Below, in pieces: positions 12,085 through 25,624 of a DNA stretch of 64,000 nt (positions within the stretch are counted from its first letter, which is position 1; every line of letters begins with the position of its first letter). A program made the translations under genes and the position numbers. Below the pieces are notes generated by a model. That model saw only the letters and a list, made by a program, of their open reading frames with translations, did not search any database and was not told the origin of the DNA. This stretch comes from Heterodontus francisci (Eukaryota), in assembly GCF_036365525.1 (NCBI RefSeq), contig NC_090404.1, forward strand, positions 12,924,550-12,988,549, given 5' to 3'.

Positions 12085-12980
12085 TCTGGTGTTTTTGTTT
12101 GTTCGCTATAGTGTTTGCGTGTGTGAGTATGAGTATCTCTTGCTTCACATTACTCTGTGTTTGTGTATCCATGCCTGAGTGTGCGCGAGTGTTAGTGAGT
12201 GTGTTTATTTGTTTGTTTGCGTTCCCAAGTGTGAGCGTATTAATGTGTTTGTTTATATGTTGACGGCTATGTGTATTTGCCCATATACGTTGAGGTGTGT
12301 CAATGTGCATTGCTGTGTGTATTTAACTGACCGTGTGTGTGTGTGTGTGTATGTGTGTGTGTGTGTGTGTGTGTGCGCGTGTGTGTATGTGTGTGAATTT
12401 TTGTTTATGTATATGTTTGTATCCCCATAACTTTGTTAATTTAAGTTTCTGTGTTGATGGGTGTGTTTTTGTCCCTGTTTGTTAATGTGTGCTTATGTGT
12501 CAATGTGTTTGTTTATGTGTATCTGTGCATATGTGTGTTTGTGCCCCATAAGTGTGATAATGCGTGTTCATGTGTTGATGTCGACATTTATGTATTATTT
12601 GTGATTATGTGTACATGTGTGCTAATGTATGTGTTTATGTGCATGTTTGTGTATCTATGTGTATGTCAGTATATTAATGTTGGTGTTTATGTGTGTATGA
12701 GCGTTAATGCGTCTATTTATCTATGTATTTGCGTGTGCGAGTCTGTTAAAGTGTGAGTATGTTCGTCCATGTATGTGCATTAATGTGTATCCTATTGTAT
12801 GATTTTATGTCTATGTTTCTGTGTACGTGAGACTGTACTAAGGTGTTTGTTTATGTTTATGTGTGTGACTGTGGGAACGTTTATACCAGTCTTTGGGTCT
12901 GTTCGTGTTTGTAGGTGAATGTGTGTGGTTGTGTATGTGACTGTGTTTATGTGTGTGTTTGTGTCCGTGTGCCTGTGCAT
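12085..12980. repeat. Degenerate (TG)n / GT-rich low-complexity tract
   Basis: Long TG-rich run with a near-perfect (TG)n at about 12334-12394. Confidence 0.9.
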
Positions 12981-13772
12981 TTTTATTATTTATCAATGTT
13001 CCAGAGAGAACCAATATCCCGGTCTGGCCTTGATAGTGTGCATTGTCGAGAATATTCTTCATCGTTCTGTGTATAAATGTATTCTATGCGAGATGCGTTA
13101 TAACATCAGTTGAATGCATCCAGGAATGCAACTGATGGGCCTCAGAAGTATCAGGAACACAAGCGCGAAGAAACATTAGAATTCAATTTGTCCCAATAAG
13201 ATTATCAGGCAAAAGGTTATATTGTACACATATTTTTACAATATGATTTCCATGTGGAAAGTTTAAACCTTCGCACAGTGAGCTAGAAGCTGACTTTGTA
13301 CTGATGGCAACTGAGTCCATGTAACAGAGACCAGTTGTCTTCTCATCTCAGTGTCGGGAGAATGGGAGTATAGTGGGTTAACAAATGCCCTTGCTCCTTT
13401 CACTGTTGGAGAAATTGGGGAGAGGTCTACAGTCGGTTCACCATTACCTTTGCCCTCTCTCTACTGGAGACGTGGAGTTACAATGGATTAAGAATTGCCC
13501 TTCCCTATCTCTGTTTCACGGGGGCACAGTGGGTTAATAAATTGTCCTTCGCCCTCTTTCTGATGGGAGATTGTGGTACATTTCATGTTCATATGTGGCC
13601 CTCACTTAAGCTTCCAGTAGGTGCGATGCTACAACTTAAAGCTGACCCCAATTCAGAATGGGTGGATAACACGGGAAGCAGGAACACCAAGATCCAAAAT
13701 GCATTGCACGTGCTTGTTAGAAAAGGGAAAAGGTTGCATGTTTAAGAATTTAAGTATTTGGAAGAAAACGTC

Positions 13773-13788
13773 TTTATTGGTTTTTATT
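13773..13788 (-). terminator. Two AATAAA polyadenylation signals for secreted mu
   Basis: tttatt on the plus strand at 13773-13778 and 13783-13788, 30-45 nt after the secretory stop. Confidence 0.8.
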
Positions 13789-13816
13789 TAAGAATTGAAA
13801 TGCAATCGAGAGACTC

Positions 13817-14208
13817 TCATTGACATGAATTGACAGTGTCCAACAGTGCAAGGGAAATGTTCACAAAACTGGGTTTACCGCTCGATTTATTAACTGTTCT
13901 GTTGATGATCTTCAAGGGGATCGCTTCATGTCCCACCACACAGGAGTAAGAAGCGCCGCTGGCCCACTCCTCCGCTGCAATGGATAACAGGCTGTAGATG
14001 AAGTAGGAGCTATTGTCGTTCTCCGCCATCACCTCGGTGTTCTTGTAGTTGCCGGAATTCACCGACTTGTCATTGACGGTCCACTTGACGAATATCTCTC
14101 GGGGGGAGAAACCTCTCACTAAGCAGGTGAGGGAGAGGAACCTCTGAGCAGAGACTTCTTCTGCCGGGGGCAGGAGGACAGACACAGACGGTTCCCGCAG
14201 ATGTTTAA
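13817..14208 (-). CDS. IGHM: IgM Cmu4 plus secretory tail
   Basis: [43 protein letters not shown]...[43 protein letters not shown]. Tail has the NIS sequon and a penultimate Cys. Internal donor G|GTAAA at 13879/13878 for the membrane form. Confidence 0.97.
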
Positions 14209-14706
14209 CTGCAGAAAAATTAAAATAAATGTCAATAAACTGGAGAATTCCAGAGACATTGAAACCGGTGGTTACATGTGAGAGGAATGTGCTTTGAGCT
14301 GAACTTTAAAGGTTTTCCTTTTCCCCTCTGGGGCCTGTCCTGTTTTCCAGCCCGGAGCAGAAGCGGAAGCAATCCTTCTCTCTGAGAACTTGAAGGGTTA
14401 GACTGGAACATTGCATAGGATTTACAGCACAGGAACAGGCCATTCGGCCCAATTAGTCTGTGCTGGTGTTTATGCTCTACATGAATCTTCTCCCACCTTA
14501 CTTCATCTCCTATTCTTTAATCTCTCATTTTCTTATTTGGCTTCCCATTAAATGGATCACCTATGGTTCCAGTGGGTTCCATCAGTGGAATGACAATTAT
14601 TTTACCAGAATAATCTATTCGATCACTTAATAGGACGAATTGTCCCTTGCACAAACACGGGAAATAGGCCAAACCTCTCACGTATTGCTTCAATCTCTCT
14701 GCTCAC

Positions 14707-15015
14707 CTTTTTCCTTGTGGATGGACTCTCTGAGAGGAGTCGGCAGATCCTGATGGATCACCACGCAGTAGAACTCAACCTCACTCAGCCAGGATTGTGT
14801 CGAGATGTTTACAGTGCTGATCACGCTGTCGGGATCCTCTCCGGGTTGGACGGCAATCTCTGATTTCAAAGGCTTCTTTTCTTCGGTCCAGGATACGTTG
14901 ACTCCATAAGGAGCATTAGACACGACGCAGGTTAAGGTCACCGTCGCCTCCAGTAAGACCTGTTCTATTGATGGTGGCAGTAGTTTAATTACCGGATCGG
15001 AGCATGAGGGATCAA
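14707..15015 (-). CDS. IGHM: IgM Cmu3
   Basis: [43 protein letters not shown]...[22 protein letters not shown]. 309 nt, phase 1/1, CAG acceptor and GTGAG donor. Confidence 0.97.
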
Positions 15016-15329
15016 CTGTGAAACAGAAATGAGAGTCAGCCAAAGCTTCATCTTCAGAATCAGGACAGTAATATTCAGCCTCCACTGACTTAAGTAAAAT
15101 AATTCACCTTTGAGATATCAACCTCTCGCTCTGAGTGAACCATATCGTTATTTGAAGGATAACGACTGGACAACGATTCTGGGACACTCTTTAAGATATC
15201 CTGTGTATTGTCACCCAGGATCCCCTATAATTACTGTGAAGCAAATTCTCGGCATAATATTTGAATAAATTCGAGTGCAATTGTGTCACACACTGAATAA
15301 CGTTCAATCCAGACCATGGAAGCAGAGAA

Positions 15330-16270
15330 TCACAGAATGTTTACAGGTCAGAAGGAAGTCATTCGGCCCTTCCTCTCAGTGCCAACTCTCTGCAATAGGA
15401 ACTCAGCTCGTCCTACTCCCTTGTGTTTTCCCCGGAGACCTGCATTTTTTCACTTTAGATAATTATCCCTTTGAAAGACACTGTAGCATCTACCTCCATC
15501 ACACTCTCAGACAGTGCATTCCAGATCCTAACTACTTGCTGCGTGAATAAAAAAGGTTTTACTCATGTCACCATTGCTTCTTTTGCCATTCACCTTAAAT
15601 TGGTTTCCTCTGGTTCTCGACCCTTTCATCAATGTGAACAGTTTCTCCATATCTACTCTGCCAATTCCCCTCATGATTTTGAATACCTCCATCAAATCTT
15701 CACTTCCCCTTCCCTTCTCTGAGGAGAACAGCTGCGCTTTTTCCAAACTATCCACGTAACTGAAGCCCCTCATCCCTGGAACCATTCCCTTAATGCTTTT
15801 CTGCACCCTCTCTAATGCCTTCATGTCCTTCCTAAAGAGCGGTACCCAGAAGAGGGCTCAGTATTTCAGTTGAGGCCGAACCAGTGTTTTATAACTGTTC
15901 ACCACAACCTCCTTGTTTTTGTAGGCTTTACCTTTATTTATAAAACCCAGGATCCCATCTGATTTTTGAATTACTTTGTCAATCTACCCCTGCCACCTTC
16001 AGCAATTTGTATAAATGTACCCCCAGGTCACTCCTGCACCCACTTTAGAATTGTATCCTATATTTTATGTTGCCTTTTCTCGTTTGTCCCACCAGAATAT
16101 ATAACTTCACACTTTTCTTTATTGAATTCCATTTGGCTCGTGCCCACCAGAATGTCTATGTCCTACTTAAGTCCAGCACTTTCCTTCTCACAATTCATAA
16201 TAATTCCAAGTATTGCGTCATCCGAAATTTTTGAAACTGTGCCCCGAAACCCCAAGTCTAGGTCATTCAT
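15330..16270 (-). mobile_element. CR1-type LINE 3' fragment in the Cmu2-Cmu3 intron
   Basis: ORF 15528-15824 MKALERVQK...PGMRGFSY...TRGNQFK. Confidence 0.75.
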
Positions 16271-18428
16271 ATTGCACATTTATGTCTACCAATCGATTTT
16301 GTGCCTACTGCATCTCCGCTGATTACAATGGGTCGTCACTTCTGTCAGGAGCTCGACAGAAATTATGCTCGTTCTAAACAAGTGTCAAATGAAGTCCAGA
16401 ATATTAGATGCAACAGGAGACAAAATTAATTTTCTGATGCCTTTTTTGTAATTTTTTTGACGATGGAAATGTGCAGGAGCAAGTGTGTATTCTCAATCGG
16501 GGAGATATAAAATGTCGGGAGAATGGAGTTCCAAGTAGTCTTTTGTAGCACAGCGTAGTTTGTAACGTCGGCGTGAGTGACTTTGCTAAATCTATCTGAG
16601 TGATCATTCCTGATATGGCAGGCCGGTGAGAGAGACTCAGAAGGAGGTATGCCCGCAGAGCAGTCATCTGGAAATGAGGAGGCCATTCCGCCTTTAGAGC
16701 CTGTTCTGCCAATATATTAGACTATGTGTGATCTGTACCTTAAGTCTAATTATCCTCCTAGGTTCTGGAATCCTTGATATCAGTTCCTAACAAAAATCTA
16801 TTCATCACATTTTTAAACATTTCACTTGACGCCCAACCTCAACAATTTTGGGAATGAAAGTTCCAAATTGCCGCTGCCCCTTGTGTGAATAGATCCTTCC
16901 TGACATCATCTCTGCATATCTTACCTGTAATTTTAGGGTTGCAGTCTTTTGTTCTGAACTCACCTTCAGAGGAAATATTTTCTCTCCACCTACAGTATCA
17001 GTTCCATTAATCAACATAAACACCTCAATTAGATCACCCCTTAATCATCTATCCTGAAAAGAATGCAAGCCTAGCCTGTGAAACCTACCTTCAGCGCTTC
17101 TCAAGCTGAACACAGTAACCTAAATAAGGTATTTGCTGACAGTCGGGTCCTGGACAACTGCCCAGTTGCAACCGCATACTACCACTTTGAATATGATCAG
17201 CCAATCTAGGATAAAACTGAGGCCAATGACTCACTGTTCAATCTCAGAACAAAAGGACACCTTATTTCGTGAGGTTATAGAATCCTGAACCCGAAGGAAT
17301 TCTGATGCAGAAAGAATGGGGGTTCAATTCCCACTCCAGATATTTGGAGACAAGTGCAAGCTGACACGTTTAGTGTAATGCTGAGCGAGTACTGCATTGT
17401 GTGAAGTGCTGGTTTTGGGATGAGATGTTAAACCGAGGGCCTGTCTACCCTTTCAGTTGGCCATGAATTTCCTATGGCACTACCTGGAAGAAAACCAGGG
17501 GTGTTCTGTCGGTTATAAAAGCAAAACACTGAGGATGCTGAAAAGCTGGAGCAAAAGCAGAAAATGCTGGAAATACTCAGCAGGTGTGCCTGTTTCCAGG
17601 TCAACAGGCATCCCTCAACAATCATGATGAAACAAAGAAAAATCTGGTCAGTATCATATTGCTGTTTCTGGGAGCTTGCTATGCAGCAATTGGATGCAGA
17701 ATTTTGTACATTACAACAGTGAGTCTATTTCAAAAGTAATCCAATGTCAAGTCCTTTAGAACAATCTGAGGTCGCTGAAGGTGCTTTGTGCAGGAAAGGC
17801 TTTCTTTTGCATTTGCATTGGAAGGAAACAAAAAGGGCACGATTCGACATGAGGAACGAGACTGGGGCGTAGTGGTAATGTCAGTGAACGAGTAATTCAG
17901 AGGCACAGGCTAATATTCTGGGGACATGAGTTCAAATGCCACCATGGTAGCTGGTAGAATTTGAATTCAATTAATTATTTTTTTAAATTGCATTTAAAGC
18001 TATGGTGCCATGCCACTACCATAGATTGTTATAAAACCCCATCTGGTTCACCAATGCCCTTTAGGGAAGTAAATCTGACATCCTTACCTGGTCTGACCTA
18101 TATGTGACTACAGACTCACAGCAATGTGGTTGACTCTTAACTGATCTCTAAAACTTGAATGATCAGCCATGATCATAATGAATGGCGGAGCAGGCTCGAA
18201 GGGCCGAACGGCCTACTCCTGCTCCTATTTTCCTTTTTTCTAAAATGCCTTCGCAAGCCACTTAGCTATCAAGGACAATTGGGGATGGGAAACGAAATCT
18301 GGCCTTGCCAGCGATGTCCACATTTCATGAAAGAATAAATAATTGCGGGCTTTGTAATAATTGTAATAAATTCTTAGCTTTGACTAAGATCAGAATGACT
18401 TGGAAATATTTAGGGTTGTGTCTCTTAC

Positions 18429-18740
18429 CCTGAGATCTGGTGAAGTTTCGGCTTTGGGTGACCCCTTTATGAGAGACCTGGCAGGTATAGACCGTGTTGG
18501 TGAACCATTCCCCAGCGGGGACTGTCACTCGGCTGGTCGCCGAGAAGTTCCCGTTCACTTCATAGGCGGGAGAGTTGACGACGCCCGAATCCATGGGTTG
18601 TCCATTCTTCAGCCAAGTCACATTAATTAATTTTGGACGGAAATCGATGATTGAACAGACGGCGGTTGCAAACCTGCTGCTTGAGATTTCTTCACTGGAA
18701 CTCTGGGTGGCGATAATAGTTGGATGATGTACCACATGAT
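18429..18740 (-). CDS. IGHM: IgM Cmu2
   Basis: [47 protein letters not shown]...[20 protein letters not shown]. 312 nt, TAG acceptor and GTAAG donor. Confidence 0.96.
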
Positions 18741-19455
18741 CTACAGGAAAATACATATTATCGGAAGTTAAATTTGTTGACATTCAAACAATTAACAACT
18801 GTGGAGCGTTTTACATAGACTCTACAAATCAGGGACAGACCATTCGATCCAACTGTTCGATGCTGGAGTTTGTGCTCCACTCGAGCATCCTTTCACTCTA
18901 CTTCATTTCGCTGTATCAAAATAAACTTCCATTCCTTGTCCCCGCATATACTTATCCAGCTTCCTCTTAAAGGCATCTATGCTATTCGCCTCAACTAAGG
19001 TAAGTTCTACATTCTGGCTGCTCTCTGGGTAAAATAGCTTCTCCTGAATTCCCAATTGGCTTTTTAGTCATTATGTTATATGCATGACTTCCAGTTTAGG
19101 TCTAACCTGTCGTTTCGGTCACACCTCTGCCTTCTCTTTTGTAGAGAAAAGGCCACCAGCCTAGTCAATCTTTGACAGTTATAATCTCTCCGTTCGAGCA
19201 TCGTCCTTGTAATAGTTTTTGGTTCCTTCTCCAGTGCCCCTGTATCATTCTCCTAATATGGAGTACTCTATGTGCGACATGGAGACCAGAGCTATATATT
19301 CAGTATGCTAAGTGTGATAGGGAGACCAGGACTATGCACAATTGTCTAAGTCTTGTTTAACCAATTGTGTCTACAATTTGAGCATCAATTCTCTAATTAT
19401 CACCGTTCCACATCATCATCCCCCACCGCCGACCCCTGTGTCCCTCAACACCAAC

Positions 19456-19755
19456 CTGGCATTTCCTTGCTCCAGACCGACTCGCCACGTCGAACCTCGC
19501 AGTAGATTTTGCTGCTTCCCACCTCTGACTCGGTGATGGTTAACTGGCTGCTCAGGGTGTAGGTTCCCTTCTTGTTCAGCACTGACGGGTAAGTCTTCAA
19601 TCCAGTGGTGATCGGCTCGTTATTTTTCTTCCAGGAAATGGCCGTGATTTCAGGGGTGTAATCCATTGCCAAACAACCATAGGCCAAGGAGCCGTCGGTG
19701 TTGGGTTGTTCACAGAAGCCGAACAGGCCGTAGAGGGTGGGGGGAGACGGTGTCG
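19456..19755 (-). CDS. IGHM: IgM Cmu1
   Basis: [44 protein letters not shown]...[17 protein letters not shown]. 300 nt, keeps the N-terminal Cys expected for light-chain pairing. Confidence 0.97.
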
Positions 19756-20164
19756 CTGAGAAGGAATGTCAGAGTTAAAATGTTAGAATCTGTGAACCAT
19801 GCTTACAAAATAACGAGAGAAGTCGAAGTTTGACTACAGTTATAATCTAATTCCAACGTTTTCCGATAAATGCCTTCTTTTTCTGAGTTGAAAGAGATGA
19901 AGTGAATGGTCTTCATGTAACTCCAGTCTTGTACATCAGGGAAGGCACGAGTCTGAAAGAGGCATTCTTTCCCTGAGGCCCGTAATAAGGACTGAATGTC
20001 CAATAATGTATCCTGTACTTCCTCCAGCTCTTGATCCCTTGTTGAGGAACCCTGCTCTCATTCTCCAACCACTTTCACACTAGGTTGCTCCACATTTAAT
20101 CCACTGATCTCCTCGCTATATCCTTTTGCTGTCAACATCCTATTATCAACATAAAACTGGACCA

Positions 20165-21543
20165 TTCAGTCTTATGTCGGTGGTGGGCAAATTATTGGAG
20201 AGGATTCTGAGAGACAGGATTTATGATTATTTGGAAAAGCATAGTTTGATTAGAGATAGTCAGCATGGCTTTGTGAGGGGCAGGTCATGCCTCACAAGCC
20301 TTATTGAATTCTTTGAGGATGTGACAAAACACATTGATGAAGGAAGAGCAGTGGATGTGGTGTATATGGATTTTAGCAAGGCGTTTGATAAGGTTCCCCA
20401 TGGTAGGCTCATTCAGAAAGTAAGGAGGCATGGGATACAGGGAAATTTGGCTGCCTGGATACAGAATTGGCTGGTCCATAGAAGACAGAGGGTGGTAGTA
20501 GATGGAAAATATTCAGCCTGGAGCTCTGTGACCAGTGGTGTTCCGCAGGGATCTGTTCTGGGACCTCTGCTCTTTGTGATTTTTATAAATGACTTGGATG
20601 AGGAAGTGGAAGGCTGGGTTAGTAAGTTTGCCGATGACACAAAGGTTTCTGGAGTTGTGGATAGTGTGGAGGGCTGTTGTAGGTTGCAACAGGACATTGA
20701 CAGGATGCAGAGCTGGGCTGAGAAGTGGCACATGGAGTTCAACCTGGAGAAGTGTGAAGTGATTCATTTTGGAAGGTAGAATTTGAATGCAGAATACAGG
20801 CTTAAAGACAGGATTCTTGGCAGTGTTGAGGAACAGAGGGATCTTGGGGTCCACGTCCATAGATCCCTCAAAGTTGCCACCCAAGTTGATAGGGTTGTTA
20901 AGAAGGCGTATGGTATGTTGGCTTTCATTAACAGGGGGATTGAGTTTAAGAGACGCAAGGTTATGCTGCAGCTCTATAAAGCCCTGGTTAGACCACACTT
21001 GCAATATTGTGTTCAGTTCTGGTCGGATGTGGAAGGAAGGATGTGGAAGCTTTAGAGAGGGTGCAGAGGAGATTTACCAGGATGCTGCCTGGACTGGAGG
21101 GCATGTCTGATGAAGAAAGGTTGAGGGAGCTAGGGCTTTTCTCATTGGAGCGAAGAAGGATGAGAGGTGACTTGATAGAGGGGTACAAGATGATGAGAGG
21201 CATAGATAGAGTGGATAGCCAGAGACTTTTTCCCAGGGCGGAAAGGGCTATCACCAGGGGGCATAATTTTAAGTTGATTGGAGGAATGTTTAGGGGAGAT
21301 GTCAGAGGTAGGTTCTTTACACAGAGAGTGGTGGGTGCGTGGAATGCACTGCCAACGGTGGTAGTAGAAGCAGATACATTAGGGACATTTAAGCGACTCT
21401 TAGATAGGTACATGGATGATAGTAGAATGAAGGGTATGTAGGTAGTTTGATCTTCGAGTAGGTTAAAGGGTCGGCACAACATCGTTTGCCGAAGGGCCTG
21501 TACTGTGCTGTACTGTTCTTTGTTCTATGTTCTATGTTCTATT
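20165..21543 (+). mobile_element. Young 5'-truncated CR1-type LINE (RT and C-terminus) in the J-C intron
   Basis: ORFs 20126-20779 ([23 protein letters not shown]), 20783-21055 and 21007-21441. 3' tail (tgttcta)n. Confidence 0.92.
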
Positions 21544-22939
21544 CCACGGTGTCAAACTTTCGTTATCTCTCCCTTTAAAGATACTGCCGTAAAGCCTGTC
21601 TCTTAAAACAAGTTTTTGCTCAACTGTCCTAGTATGGTCCTATCTGACTGAATGTCAGTTTTTTTTTCTGATTACGCTGTTGTGCATCATCTTGGAACAT
21701 TTTACTATGCTAAAGGCGCTATATAAATGTAAATTGTTGTTGTTTTCAGGGGATACACTGATATAACGCCCACGGATAGATTAACTAGTTGTATTACCTT
21801 TAAACCAAATTAAAGCATGTTTATGAAGCATAACCCAGAGTTATTACCTAATAGAACTTTATAGCACTGAAGGAAGTCATTTGATAACAATCTCTCCACC
21901 AGCACGGCCCAACATTCAGAGCCCAATGTTCTTATCAAACGTTCCATTTTATCCAATCATTTTCAATTCTGTTCGCAGCATTTATTCCAATACGATATCC
22001 CAGATCCTATAACCGTCTGTATGGGAAAATAGATTCATACCCCGCTCCCTTCATTCTTTTGCTGCTGATCTTGAAACTGTTTCCTCTGCGTATCAACTCG
22101 CCAAATTGTTGAAATATGCTTCCGATTTCCTGAATAAAACCCTTTATTATTCAAAACCCTTCTATCATACCTCATATTAACATTCTTTGTGCCCATGTCA
22201 ATAAAGGACTTTTATAATAAATGCGTGGAGTTTTCTTTAAAATGTGGACTGAATAACTTACCGCACAAATTCCAATAAAGAACTCTTGCATCACCTACTT
22301 TCTAAATTTCAAGCTTCAGATGAATTGGGATTGATTCGAGTCTATCACTTTCCTTCTGAGTATTTAAGGAGGAGCTTTGCAGTGTGACCTGTCCCCTATC
22401 CCATTCTACTGAATGAATCTCTCCTGAGTTTCCTTTCACTCTTACTCAATTTAATAGTCTCAATTATGCATTATTCCCAAAATTGATTAATTGGAATTTG
22501 TTCTTTTTGTTCCATTTCAGTTTCCAAAGAACCTTCCAACATCCCGCCAATGAGAACATACGCAGCTTTCTGGGTCGTTAGCCACCTCTTAGTCATAGTC
22601 ATAGAGTTACACAGCACAGAAACAGGCCTGTCGGCCCATCGTGTCTGTGCCGGCCATCAAACACCTAACTATTCTAATCCCATTTTCCAGCACTTGGCCC
22701 GTAGCATTATATGCTATGACATTTCAAGTACTCATCTAAATTCTTCTTAGATGTTATGAGGGTTTCTGCCTCAACCACCTCTTCAGGCAGTGCGTTCCAG
22801 ATTTTCCTCAAATCCCCTCTAATCCTCCTGCCCCTTACCTTAAATCTATGCCCCCTGGTTATTGACCCCTCCGCTAAGGGAAAAAGTTCTCTTGTTGCTG
22901 TTTATACCAAACATGATATGAACTTAGGACAGGTTTCTT

Positions 22940-24125
22940 TTTTTATTCGTTTCATGGGATGTGGGCATTAATGCCAAGGCCAGCATTTGTTGCCCATATC
23001 TAACTGCCCTTGAGAACATGGGGGTGAGCTGCCTCCTTGAGTCAGCAGTCCATCTGGTGTAGGTACACCCACAGTGCTGTTAGGGAGGCAGTTCCAGCGA
23101 CAGTGAAGGAACGACATGTAGTTCCAAAGTCAGTATGGTGTGTGGCTTGAAGGGGAACTTGCAGATTTCGGTGTTCCCACGTATCTGCTGTCCTTGTCCT
23201 TTGAGGTGGAATAGGTCGCGGGTTCGGAAGGTGCTGTTGAAGGAGACGTGGTGTGTTGCTGCAGTGCATTTTGTATGTGGTACACGCTGCTGCCACTGTG
23301 TGTCAGTGGTGAAGGGAGTGTATGTTTATTGGTGGATGGGTCTCTGATCAAGCTGGCTAATTTGACTTGGACATTGTGATGTTTGCTGACTGCTGTTGAT
23401 GCCGCATTTATCCAGGCAAGTGGAGTGCATTCCATCACACACTTGATGTGTGCCTTGTAGATGGTGGACAGGCATTAGGGAGTGAGGAGGTGGGGTATTT
23501 GCTGCAGAATTCCCAGCCTCTGACCTGCTCTTGCAGCCATCGTTCTTATGCGGCTGCTCCAGTTCAGTTCCTCGGCAATGGTAACCCCCAGGATGGTGGT
23601 TGATAGTTGGGATACGGCAATGGTAACGCTGTTACATATCAAGAGGAGATGGCTAGAATCTCTTTTGTTGGAGATTGTCATTGTCTGCCACTTGCGTGGC
23701 GTGGGACTTACGTGCCACTTATCAGCCCAAACCTGAATGTTGTCCTGGTCTTGCTGCATGTGGACATAGACTGCTTCAGTACCTGAGGAGTTGGTAATGG
23801 TACTGGACATAGTGCAATCATCAGCCAACATCCTCACCTCTGACCTTATGATGGAGAGCAGGTCATTGATGAAGCAGCTAAAGATGTATGGACCTAGGAC
23901 ATTACCCTGAGGAACTCCTGCAGTGATGTCATGCAGCTGAGATGATTGGCCTCAAGAACTACAAACACCTTCCTTTGTACTAGGTATGACTCCAACCAGG
24001 GAAGAATTTCCCCCCGATTCCCATTGACTTCAATTTGGCTAGGGCTCCTTGTGCCACACTTATTCAAATAGTGCCTTGATATCAAAGACAATCACAATTG
24101 AGTTCAGCTCTTTTGTCCATGTCTC
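22940..24125 (-). mobile_element. CR1-clade LINE, decayed
   Basis: RT remnants (LADDCTM..., LGVTI...LNW). 3' end caagggca.ttag..atgggcaa..aatgctggc shared with many copies. Confidence 0.8.
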
Positions 24126-24359
24126 CTCTAAATAGTTAATATTGCCATTCCTTAAATATCATAAATCAATTGGCTGTCGGCAGAGTCAATGAATGGAAGG
24201 GCAAAAATTATTTGAGTAGAATTCGGCTTGGGCAGTGGCACAAAGTGAGCACTCATTGGCCACCCATTATCCACGGTGCTGCATATTCAGTTCCATTGCA
24301 GGCAACGGAATGCAGGCCTGGTGCTATAGGATTAGAGAATTTCAAATGCTACACCCTTG

Positions 24360-25610
24360 TTAACAAGAAGTAGGTAAAGATAAACCGAAACCTTCTGTCA
24401 GTCAGTTTAACCTTAATGATGGGAAAACTTTTAGAAACGGTAATCCGGGAAAAACAGTCCCTGGGCAAATGTCAATTACTTAAGGAAAACCAGGACGTAT
24501 TTATTCAATGCAAAAATCTTGTTGAACTAATTTAGTAACGTTTTTAATGAAGTAACTGATCGGGTTGATGACAGCAATGTGGTTGATATGATATACCTGG
24601 ATTTCCAAAAGGTACTTGATAAAGTGCCACATAACAGGCTTTTCAGCAAAGTTGAATCCCACTGAATTAATGGCAATGGCAGCATGAATACGTATTTGGC
24701 TGAGTGACAGGAAACAGAGAGTAGTGGTGAATCGTCGCTTTTCAGACTGGAGTGGGGTTCCCAGGGGTCAGTGCTAGGAGCTCTGCTTTTCTTAATCTAT
24801 ATTGACGACCTATACTTGGATGTGCAAGCCATAATTTCAAAATTTGCAGGTGACACAAAACTTGGAAGTATTGTGAACTGTGAGGTCGATAGTGATAGAC
24901 TTCAAGAGGATATAGACAGTCTGATGGAATGGGCGACAAGTGGCGGATAAAATTTCAGAAAAATGCAGAGAATTATGAAGTTTTGGTAGGAAGAACGAGG
25001 AGATGCAATATAAAATAATGGATACAATTCGAAAGCGGGTGTAGGAGCAGAGGAACTTGGGGGTATCTGTGTATAATTCATTGAAGGTGGCAGGACAGGT
25101 TGAAAATGTGGTTAATATAGCATTTGGGATCCTGGGCTTTATAAATAGAGGCATAGAGTACAAAAGCAAGAAAGTGAGATTGAATCTTTATAAAACACTG
25201 TTTGAGCCTCTACTGGAGTGTTGCGATCAATTCTGAGCACCATACTTTAGGAAGGTTGTGAAGGCATTGGATAGAGTGCAGAAAAGATTCACAAGAATGG
25301 TTCCAGAAATGAGGAATTTCGGTGATGTAAATATATTTGTGAAGCAGGGGCTTCTCTTTAGAGAAGAGTAAGATGAGAGGGGATTTGATAGAGGTGTTCA
25401 AAACCATAAGGCGACTGGATAGAATAAATGGAGAGAAATTGTTTCCGTTGGTGGCAGGGTCAAGTACCGGATGAAACTGATTTAAGGTAATTGGCAAAAG
25501 AACCCGAGGCGACAGGAGGAAAAAAATTATGTAGCGAGTTGTTAAGATCTGGAATACGCTGCCTGCGACTGTGTGGAAGCAGATTCAATCGTGGCTTTCA
25601 AAAATAAATT
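24360..25610 (+). mobile_element. CR1-type LINE, decayed
   Basis: Nucleotide similarity to 20165-21543 across the RT and C-terminal region. Confidence 0.8.
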
Positions 25611-25624
25611 GGATAATTATATAC

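Noticed and set aside
12002-13113. Cys/Val-rich and His/Thr-rich ORFs
   Set aside because: Translations of the TG-rich low-complexity tract.
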